Shown: positions 53,496 through 64,000 of the stretch, piece after piece
Numbering within the stretch: the stretch's first letter is position 1
Layout: every line of letters begins with the position of its first letter
Source: Dipteris shenzhenensis
Lineage: Eukaryota
Assembly (NCBI GenBank): GCA_047967505.1
Contig: CM106538.1
Direction: 5' to 3' (one strand)
Length of the DNA stretch: 64,000 bases
Program-made: the position numbers and the translations under genes
Notes under the pieces: model-generated
Told to the model about the DNA's origin: nothing
Seen by the model: the letters and a program-made list of their open reading frames with translations, nothing else
Databases searched by the model: none

Positions 53496-56400
53496 TCAAC
53501 CTATACCCATCAACTGTCGGCAATGTGCAAACCGCTCTGCAGGCAAGCCTTTTGTCAATAGATCTGCTGGATTATCATCTGTGTGAATCTTGACAAGCTG
53601 AATCAGCTTATCATCTATCACTTCCCTGATGAAGTGATACTTCACATCAATGTGCTTTGTCTTTGCATGAAAGACAGGATTGTGTGCCAACTGAATAGCA
53701 CTCTGACTGTCACAATGCAACAATGGAATATCACCCGTAATGCCCAAATCTCCCACTAGCCGAGATAACCATAAGGCCTCTTTGCATGCCTCTGTGGCTG
53801 CAATATATTCAGCTTCCGTAGTAGACAAGGCTATGCACTGCTGCATCCTTGACATCCATGACACTGCACCTCCAGTGAATGTATAAACATAACCGGTAGT
53901 AGATTTCCGGTTATCGGGATGACCAGCAAAATCTGAATCCACATAACCATGCACCTTTGCATCTCGCTTGCCAAAGCATATGCACAACTCCTGTGTGCCC
54001 TTCAGGTATCTCATGATGCCTTTCACTGCATTCCAATGCTTCTTGCCTGGATTTGCCATATACCTGCTAACTACTCCCACTGCAAATGCAATATCAGATC
54101 TGGTAGCAACCATGGCATACATGAGACTGCCACAAGCTGAAACATACGGAATCTTGGCCACTTCAGCCCTATCAGCATCTGAGTGTGGGCTGTCCATTGC
54201 ACTGAGTTTCACATACGGAGGCAATGGAGAACTAAGGGTTTTCCCCCCTTCCATATGAAACCTGTGCAATACTTTGCCAATATATTCGGTCTGAGACAGA
54301 TACAACAAACGCTGTCCCCTGTCTCTCCGTATCCGCATTCCCAGTATGTGATTTGCATCACCAAGGTCCTTCATGTCAAAGGCCTCATGCAGTCTTTTCT
54401 TAAGGTCATCAAGCTCCTTACGAGCTGTACCAGCAATAAGCATGTCATCCACATATAAAATGAGAATGATTAATCTGCCATTTGCAGCCCTTTTGGTATA
54501 TAAGCAGTGATTGTCATCACTTCTCCTGAAGCCTTGGGACTTCATGAAGGTATCAAATTTCTTATACCATTCCCTTGGTGCCTGTTTCAGCCCGTAAAGG
54601 CTCTTTTTAAGCTTGCATACAAGTGACTCCTTGCCCTTGACTGCAAATTCTTCTGGCTGCTGCATGTAGATCTCCTCATGAAGATCACCGTGAAGAAAGG
54701 CTGTCTTCACATCCATTTGGCATAATTCCAAATTCTCACATGCAACCAAAGCAAGTACAATCCTGAGTGTGGTCATCTTAACCACTGGAGAAAAGATCTC
54801 ATCAAAATCAACACCATACTCCTGCTTAAAGCCCTTGGCAACCAACCTGGCTTTATACCTTGGCTTAGCTCCAGGTGTGACTTTCAATCTATACACCCAC
54901 TTGCATGGCAGTACTTTCATGTCCTTAGGCAACTGCACCAATTCCCAAGTACCATTTTTATGGAGACTGTCCATTTCAGACTTCATGGCTAGTTCCCATA
55001 GCCTTTTGTCATGCATTTGCACGGCTTCCTTGTAACAGGAAGGTTCTCCACAATCTGTAAGCATAATAAAATCTGCTCCTGGAACAAATCTGTCTGGCGG
55101 TTTCATTTGTCTAGTGGACCTTCGGACCCATTGGTCTTGCTGTCCAACTTGCTGCTCACCTAAAACAGGTTGCTGTTCTAGTAGATCAGGCTGCAGAATT
55201 ATGCCTGGGAGGTCTTCCAAAGGTGGCATGTCCCGTAGTACATCTTCCGCCACTGCGGGCTGTCCATTTGGACCTGCTGCAGCATCATGCATTGGCTGAT
55301 TACGCTGCTGTTGTGGCTGATTTGCAGCCTGCCTGAACTGTACAGGATGTCCCAAGTCATCAATGTCAACCTTTGAAGCATCAGAAGGCTTATCTGCTGT
55401 CTTAAACATACATGACTCATCAAATAAGACATCATTACTGCGTATTAGCTTCTTATTCACAGGATCCCATAGGCGGTAACCCATCTCACCACTGTCACCA
55501 TATCCAAGAAAAATGCATTTAAGAGACTTAGGATCAAGCTTGCTGCGATTTTCTCTGCGTATATGCACGTACGCAGTGCAGCCAAAGACCCTCAAGTGCT
55601 TATAGGAAGGAGGTTTTCCTGTCCAAAGCTCCTCTGGCACTCTGCCATCTAGTCTTTTATTTGGTGACCTATTGATGAGGTGTACTGCTGGTTTTTACAG
55701 CTTCAGCCCAAAATCCATGAGGTAAAGCAGCATGTGACATCATAGAGCGAGACTTTTCCTGTATGGTTCTATTCATACGCTCTGCAGTGCCATTTTGCGC
55801 TGGACTGTAGGGAGCAGTGAGTTCTCTTTTAATACCTCTAGCATCACAAAATGCATTGAATGCATTAGACATATACTCCCCACCGTTATCTGACCGCAAA
55901 GCCTTCAGTGTTCTGCCTGTTTGGTTCTCAACCATAGCAAGCCATTTCTGGAACACTGGAAAAACATCACTCTTCAATCGAAGAGGATACAACCACACCT
56001 TCCTTGTGGAATCATCTATAAATGTGACAAAGTACCGTGCACCTCCAAGTGAAGGACTAGGCATCTCACACACATCTGTATGCACAAGCTCAAGTTGAGC
56101 ATCTTTATGTCCTAATCTCCTTTTATGAGGACACTGTAACTGTCTACCATATATGCAGTGCTCACAAAACTTTAAATCAGAAAATTTAAGAGACGGTAAG
56201 TAGCCAAGGCGAGCCAATTGCTCCATTCCACTTATGCTCATATGTCCCATCCGGCTATGCCACATAGAAATATTCGGCAGCTCGGTGGCATGAATATCAA
56301 CATGATTACATACTTTAGCATGAAGAGTATACATTGTGTCTACCTTAGAGCCTCTGGCAACAACCAGGGCACCTTTAGTGACCTTCCAGAAACCATGACC

Positions 56401-57600
56401 AAAGCTGGTCACAAAACCTTCGTCATCCAACATGCCAGTAGAAATCAGATTTTTCTTAACTTCGGGTACATGCCTAACATTTTGAAGCATAAGCTGAGTA
56501 CCATCAGCAAATACAAGCCTGACATCTCCAATACCAACAATGCTGCATGCATGATTATCCCCTAGAAAAACGACTCCATTACTGCCTGCTGCATATCTTA
56601 CAAACAATTCTTTGTAAGGTGTAACATGGAATGAGGCACCTGAGTCAATGATCCAAGAGTGCATGTCTGCAAGATCTCCTGCATGGAGAGAATGAGCATC
56701 CAAAGTAGAGAGAAATAGAACCTCTCCCTCACTGTCATAACCGTGTGTAGAATGAAGCTCTTCAATCTTCACACTGCTCTTTCCATTGCTTACTGGTACA
56801 ATTGCTTTTGCATCTGACGCATCAGTATTTTTGGCTTTGTCTCTCTTATCATTTTTCAGTTTAAAGCACTGCTTTTTAGTATGTCCCTTTTTGCCACAGT
56901 AGTAGCACTCAACATCTTTGTTGGAGCGGGACTTACTCCTCCCTTTTCCCCTTTCCTGAGATTTGCCTCTTTGCTGACTTCTCCCCCTTGCATTTAAGGC
57001 ATTATTAGGCTTTACTGCATCTTGAGCTTTCAGCTTCTACTCTTCTTGCAAAATCAGCCCGGTAATATCTGAAAAACTTATGAAAGTGTTTGCATTTGTT
57101 ACAGCTGTGGTGAATGTATCCCAACTTTCAGGAAGAGAAATCAAGAGTGCCATACCCTTGGTTTCCTCATCCACCACATATTTTTGATTTGCAAGTTGAG
57201 TGACAATTGAATTAAACTCATTGAGATGTGCATCCATGGAGGTCCCTTCCTTCATCTTCAGATTGAAGAACTTGCGCAGCCAATATATCTTTGTAGCTAC
57301 ACTCTGCTGCTCATATGTGTCCTGTAGCTTTTTCTACACGCCCCAGGCTGTTTTCTCACCATCCACATTCCAAACAGCACTCTCATGGAGTGACAATTCA
57401 ATTATGGACTTTGCTGACAGATCAGATAGTGCCCAAGCATCATCAGATGTGCCAGTGGGCTTCACACCTTTGTGTATAATAGGAGCATGAAACTGCCTGA
57501 GAATTAGCACATTCAGGACCATCTTTTTCCACATTGGGTAGTTAGCAGCACCTTGCAACTTTTTAATATTGAGAAGAGAAGATTCCGAGGATGAAGCCAT
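53496..57600 (-). pseudogene. Copia G gag-pol with a few disruptions
   Basis: Runs from MASSSESSLLNIKKL to FAHCRQLMGIG; breaks near 57334, 57037 (TAG) and 55669. Confidence 0.93.
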
Positions 57601-58499
57601 TACAATCAGCAAAAAATATAACCCACACTTGGGTGCTTGACTCCCTGCAAACTAAGTGCACAGATGCACTTGTAGTTGTGCTCAAAAGTTAATTCCTGCA
57701 ATTTTCTCCCACTTAACAGTAAATACTGTTTGTTTCCTGCCGGCTGCAGATCCAGAAAAGTAATACTTAATGCATTAATTGAGGCTCTGTAGTACAGTAC
57801 AGCAGTACCTTGATTTGACACAATGTATGTCCCTGCTGTAACAGTGAAAACAGCACTGTTTTATGCACTTTAAACTTCAGTAAAGTGACTGTTTACAGTC
57901 CAAAAAATTGACTCCGGACAGTACCCGACTGTACTTTCTAGTACAGCAACAGAAATTGACTGTATAACTGTCCAAAACTGTCAGAATTAGACTCTCTCTT
58001 GCCTCTATAACTGTGTTACACAGTTTAGAACTTGAATGAGGCAAAAGCCCCTTGACTAGAAGCCAATTTTGAAGATTTTAGTGCATACACAGCTTTCCCA
58101 AAGCTCCTCTGATCACATAAAGCATCCAGGTGTTTCCCCAAACACTGATATGCATAACAATGTCAAAAGCCCCAATTCATATGCATCTGCCACTGTCCCG
58201 TAAGTCATAAAATGCATCAAATCCTTGCACAAATCAACTCTAATCAGGAGGATATACGCAAATATGTGCGTGTAGAAGCCAATGCTTGGCTGTGGCTGCA
58301 AAAGCCCCTTGATTCCACAGTTCAGAAATGAGAATTTCTCTCACATTGGAGGGGGTAGATCTGCAGATCTACCTCACTGACAACAGAAGGAACCAAAAAA
58401 GACAACCTGTCCCCGAGCTCTCCAGCTCTCCAGCGATAACGTGAACCTGTGGCCACGTATGGCTCTAACGGCGGATTTGATGGTGGCCTTGGCCCGGGC

Positions 58500-58965
58500 T
58501 AGCGCCGGTGGCTGCTGGTGAGCCGATGGCGTCGCTGTCGGGCGCCGTTGGTTGCTGGTGGCCTGCTGGCCGCTGGCGTCGGTGGCCTGCTGGCCCTGGC
58601 TGGCGCTGCTAGTCGCTGGCGTCGGTGGCCTGCTGGCCGCTGGTGTCGGTGGCCTGCTGGCCCTGGCTGGCGCCGCGGTATTAAAGGGCTGCTAGCGCAG
58701 CGCTAGCAGCTGAAGGTGCCGTTGGCTGCTGGCTGATGGCGTGGAACTAAGCCTAGCGATGGCTGGGCCTGGCGATGGCTGACCGACGAGGCTGGAAAGG
58801 GGCAAGTTTTTTGCAGGATGTCGATGCTGCCTAGCGATGGCTGACCGACGAGGCTGGAAAGGGGCAAGTTTTTTGCAGGATGTCGATGCTGCCTAGCGAT
58901 GGCTGACCGACGAGGATGGAAAGGGGCAAGTTTTTGCAGGATGTCGATGCTGCCTGGCGATGGCT
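58500..58965. repeat. GC-rich short repeats (58500-58680) and a 62-bp x3 tandem repeat (58772-58965) in the G leader
   Basis: ggtggcctgctggcc units; gcgatggctgaccgacgagg...tgcct units at 58772, 58834 and 58896. Confidence 0.92.
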
Positions 58966-61900
58966 GGCGGTGCCCCTTGGCTGTTGGTAAGACCCACGTT
59001 TGGGCACACCCACGTTTGGGCTCTGATACTAGTTGTGGAAGGGAGAGTGTGAGAGCACACACACACACAAGCAGGATTTGCAAAACAAGGAGTGTGGGGA
59101 TAAAAGGTATGTGTGTACCTCCCCTAGCACACAATGAAGCTTTTATATAAAGGGATAAGGTTACAACACTAAGTACGGTGTACTTAGTGTACTTAACTGT
59201 ACTTGGGTGGCCATAGAGCCTTTACCCCAACATTACACACAGCTTTCCATGCATCATCATAAATCCCTCCTTGAGTGTATAATGATCATGCTGATTGCCC
59301 TCCTTAAGCTGATCATATATACGTGCAAAAGCATCATCTGTACCATACTGCTCTTTCATGGTATCAAGCTCATTGTGATAAGAAATAGTAACTGCAGATA
59401 CCTGTGGTTTCTTGGACATAGCTTCCGTACGTGGCCTTCTGGAAAGTGCATCAGCCACTACATTTTTCTTTCCAGCCACATGCACAATCTGAAAATGAAA
59501 AATGGAAAGGAAGGTTGCCCATCTCATGTGCTTCTATGACAACTTTCTGTAAGTTAGAAAGTATCGCAGCGATTGATGATCAGTTTGCACATAAAAATCA
59601 GCACGCAAAGGATAGTGCTTCCACACAGTGAGAGCATGAATTACAGCTACCAACTCTTGCTCATATACATTCATGTTGTGTTCAGCATCTCGGAGTAGCT
59701 TGCTCTCATATGCAACCACTCTGCCTTCCTACATAAGAACTCCACCAACACTATTGCCGCTTGCATCACATTAAAGAACAAAAGGCTTTCGCAAGTCTGG
59801 CAAAATGATGACAGGATTAGAGCATAGCTTTTCTTTCAGCTCATTAAATGGTGCAATTTCTTTCTTTCCCTAACGGAAAGGCATTGCCTTCTTTTGCAAA
59901 GCATGTAAGGGTGAAGCTATCTCAGCAAAATAGCGAATGAAGCGCCTGTAGTATGAACACAAGTCAAGAAAACTACGGACTTCATGTAGGTTCTTTAATG
60001 GAGGCCAATTCTTGATTGCCTCTATCTTGGCAAGGTCCATCCTCACTCCATCTCGTGAGATGATGTGTCCCAAGAAATGTATCTCTGGCATGAAGAACTC
60101 ACTCTTCTTTGTGTTGACCAGCAAGTTGTGTTTCGTGAGTTCTGCAATTACAACTGCCAAGCGTCGCCTATGCTCCTCTTCATCTTTCGAGTGCACAATA
60201 ATGTCATTAAAGAATGTACCCACAAACTTCCTATGCTCTCTGAAAATGCGATCCATCATACGATTTAAGGGAGCAGGAGCATTAGTCAAACCAAATGGCA
60301 TGACAAGAAACTCATAAAGCCCAAAAGTGGTCCTGAAGGCAGTCTTATGTACATCTTTGGGCCTGATTCGTATCTGATGGTAACCACTCTTCAAGTCAAT
60401 GCGACTGAAGATGGCTGATCCCTCTAATCGATCCAAGATGTCATCAATGCGTGGAATAGGAAATCGATTCTTGATTGAGATCTTATTCAAAGTCCTATAA
60501 TCAATACACATTCTCCAAGATCCATCCTTCTCCTGCACAAGTAGAACGGGAGAACAATATGGAGAAGAGCTTGGCTGAATCAGCCCCTTCTGTAACAATT
60601 CATTCACCTAACACATGATCTCCTTCTGCTGTGCCGCACTCACCTTGTATGGTGGTCGGTTAGGTGGAGAAGTGCTAGGAATGATATCAATGGTATGATC
60701 TTCTAGCCTCTCAGGAGGTAACTCCTCTGGGAGTTAATTTGAAAAATAATCTTGAAACTGAAATACACACTCAGTTTGCTCTTTTTCGAGCTTGAAAAAG
60801 TTAGAGTTATCCTCAACTGGTTCTTTTTCTTTGACAAAAATCAAATACGATGAAAGATGCTTTTTTCATTACAGAAGAAATCGCCGAAGCGGATACAACT
60901 GGGACTAATTCTCCCTTTGAGTTTACATCTATGACTTGGGTTTTACCCCTATAAGTCAAGGTAAGCTTCTTATCATGTCTATCTATGATAGCATGCACAT
61001 GGTACATCCAAGGCATCCCCAACAAAACATCACACTCAGGTAAAGGCATCACATAGAAATCCTCATATTCCACATATCCCTGAATGTGAATCCGTAGCTT
61101 CCCTATCATAGGAGTGACAGGGGTACTTAGCTCGAGACTAGCCATGTTGGCCTCACAAAGAGAACCAATCTCCTCTGGTTGAAGACCCAACTGAGCTGCA
61201 AGTTCAGGAGTAATGAAATTTGCTTTGCTGATGTGCACATATTTGTCTTCTTCTCATCATGCTCACCCCCAATGATGTCAGGTATGTGGCCAGCACTCGG
61301 CTTGGGTTTCTTGCCTCTGGGGTCCTCTCTATTGCCTTGATTAGAGTCAGCCCGAGTTACTGCAGGTTCTTTCCTCTTCTTGCTAGGACAATATGCTGCC
61401 CTATGACCTATCTCTGTGTAGAGAAAACACCTCCCTTCAGCAAACATCTTATTTCTCTCTTCAGGAGTGAGAGAAGAGGGCTGCTGTTTTCTCCTTTGTC
61501 CCGCCACAAACTTTGATTTAAGAGGGACTTTTCCAGCTTGCTGTGGTTTCTTTGGCTCCTCCTTGAAGTTGCTTTTGAAACCTAAGACTCTGCCCTGCAT
61601 GAGTAAGCTGTGTTGGCATTCTCTATCAACTGTGACATGCTAGAAATGTGTGTCTTGGTGCAATAGTCCCTCAACTCTTTGGGAAGACCACAACAATACT
61701 TTTCAGCTTGCTCTGAAATGGGGACTGTTTTGTAAGAGCTCACAAGTAGAAGCGCATCCCAAAACTTCTTGTTGTAATCTTCTAGATTCCTGCATTCCCT
61801 AGCATTCAAGTTATGCCACTGAGTCATGACATCCACTTCAATAGTGGTGAGCCATGCAGCTGAGAATGCCTTTTTCAATTCAACTCATGTAGCAGGTGTT

Positions 61901-62837
61901 TAGCCTTGAAGGAGAAGGTTACGCCACCATGGCATGGCATTACCCCTTAAGGAATGTGGCTGCCTTACTGAATTTCGAGGACTCTTTGAAGTATCCTCCA
62001 GCAAAAGCCAAGTCAAATTGCTGCAAGAAAGTAAGAGCCTTCATCCTATCTACATGACCATTGAAGGTCTCAAACTTCACTGCTGCCTCCCCTTCCTTGT
62101 AATCCTTCATCTTGAGCCTGGGCTCTAACTGATCATAGCCAGGGGGCTGCAAATAAAGAGGCTGCTGTCTTTGGGGTCCTTTTGGGACTTGAAGAACACC
62201 CCCCACAGCTGGGTTTGGAGGCACAGGTGGTACTGGCTGAGTGTGTGACATCATGGGACTGCCTCCCTGCAGTCCAGGCTGTATCCCCACATTAGCATAC
62301 AAAGAATTTGGGGGCTGGCTGTGAGGTCATGGCCTGAAAAATGAATCCTCCTCCAAAGTGTGTAGGCTGAACCACATACTGTGGTTGGGCTTGCTGCCCT
62401 TGCTGCACATTCTAAGCATTGCTACCATGCTCATTCCCATTTGGTAATTGTCTCCGTGGCACTACAAGTGGCTGTACCACTGGTGTCGGTGGCTTTGGTA
62501 GTGGCTGTCCCACATGCATCTGTGGACCCTGAATGGGTTGTGCCTCTGCCCTCAGCATCAAAGCTGGATTATGCATAATTTCCTCTGAGTGAGTTGACTC
62601 AAAACTTGCAACACCGAAGCCATTTGTGTTTGCATTACTACCATAGCATTTGGCTGTACACTTGGGACAACACCCAATGCAACTGTACCCACAGGATTTT
62701 GCACTTGTGGAGCTGGCTGCCCCAATGCATCAACTTGAACATTCTGCCCTTCATGGGCTGCATCGTGCACTCTTATTCCGGGGTGTGCTCCCCTTATCTG
62801 TGGCTTTGGCTCCAGACTCTGAGTCTGCATCATAACC

Positions 62838-63900
62838 AAGCCTTATATGCTCCATATCGAAGTGCGGCTTTATTACAGCCATTGCAAATCCTCAATAATA
62901 AATGGGAAAGTATTTCCATGGACTTTATTATGGGTTTGCCCAGAACGCGCAAGGGTCATGACACCATTTGGGTCATAGTTGACCGTCTGACAAAGATGGC
63001 TAGATTCTTACCTAGTAGATTGACCATATCAGCTATTCAGTTGGCTCACGAGTTTGTGGATCAATTATTTAAATTATATGGTTTGCCTTCAGACATAGTT
63101 AGTGACTTGGACTCAAGTTTACATGTATCTTTTGGACACCTGTTTTTGAGAAGTTGGAAACTACTCTAAGTATGAGTTTCTCAAATCATGCACAATCTAA
63201 TGGCAATACAGAAACGGTCAACTAGTTGGTTGAAGATATGCTTCGTGCATATGTTTCTGAGAGACTTTCTTCATGGGAAGACTATCTCCCGATGATAGAA
63301 TTTGCTTATAACAGTGCAAAGCATTGAAGTACGGGTTACAATCCTTTTATGCTTATGTACGGGTTTCAACCTAAGTCATCAGTTATGGTTGGATTCAAGG
63401 GAATAAACAATGATGTTGCAAGGACATTCTTGCAAGACATGCAAGAAATGTTGCAGTTCGCCAAGGAGTCTATTAGAACTGCCCAGGATCGGAATAGATT
63501 TTATGCTAATAGACATCGTTCACCCAGAGAGCACTTTGATGGAATGATGGTATATTTACGTATTCCCAAGGAATCCAAGAGTTTTAAGTACTGGTATGGT
63601 TCCGATATTATCCCCCAGATAATGTGGTCCATTCAAGATTATTAAAAGAATTGGCCCAGTTGCATATAAACTAGAATTGCCTCTTGATGTTAAAGTGCAT
63701 CCAATTTTTCATGTCAGTAGACTGAAAGAGTTACTGGGTGCTGATGATCAGCTTGTTTCTCCTCAAGAAATAATAGAAGTTACTGATTTGACTTTTATTC
63801 CACACGAACCTAAGAGTATTCTTGAATTTCGTGAAAGACAAATCAGGAATAGAACTATCACGGAATGCAAGATCAAGTCGAAGCATCATGTTGGAGGAAC
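62838..63900 (+). mobile_element. Gypsy integrase plus chromodomain fragment
   Basis: LLQPLQILNNKWESISMDFIMGLP...VIVDRLTK...[25 protein letters not shown] and EPKSILEFR. Confidence 0.9.
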
Positions 63901-64000
63901 ATAAGAGACATAAAGGATGAATAGAAGGCAGAATACTGAAGACAAGTTAGAGAGCAGTGGGATGCCATATACTTATATGATATCTCCTTCCCAGCTTGAA

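Larger units (their letters stand above)
53047..59232 (-). mobile_element. Young full-length Copia element G with three 199-bp LTRs
   Basis: TSD TTACA (53042-53046 and 59233-59237). LTRs at 59034-59232, 53250-53448 and 53047-53245. PBS variant at 59020-59031, PPT at 53451-53460. Removing G restores F pol (GKLCV|TQPLRHKVL). Confidence 0.97.
49826..62837 (-). mobile_element. Chromodomain Gypsy element F, 5'-truncated and interrupted by G
   Basis: gag 61127-62839, PR, RT (WRMCIDYR, FLVMPFGL), RNase H, INT (MDFVFDLP) and chromodomain (RYRVKCKNYPTNDAIW). PPT at ~51219-51228; the 3' LTR starts at 51218 (TGTCAC on -). Confidence 0.92.

Noticed and set aside
58772-58965. Regularly spaced repeats resembling a CRISPR array
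   Set aside because: The units are head-to-tail with no unique spacers, there are no cas genes, and the context is a plant retrotransposon leader

Overview
Eukaryotic land-plant nuclear DNA; the TE load and family types are plausibly those of a large-genome fern, but this is inference. Two host-gene signals: a 4-exon, 212-aa remorin-like coiled-coil gene (862-2304, +) and a CpG-rich first exon of a small membrane-protein gene (17221-17311, +; GAAMELFMINTGF motif) that the ORF track misses. The rest is transposon-derived. There are three LINE relics, a gag-only LTR element with three tandem PPT-like units (8440-11252), and a nested stack from 19.2 kb to the end made of Copia elements A, C, E and G, chromodomain Gypsy elements, and a MULE-like insert with a 10-bp TSD. 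The most notable structures are (i) Copia G, which has three LTRs inside a single TSD and an intact 2-LTR-circle-type junction (CA-AC/GT-TG), (ii) a 3,214-bp tandem triplication whose junctions each carry a 324-bp-arm foldback and whose middle copy is a recombinant, and (iii) many local duplication, inversion and filler scars. No rRNA, tRNA or CRISPR array was seen. I found no evidence for a wholly new enzymatic system.
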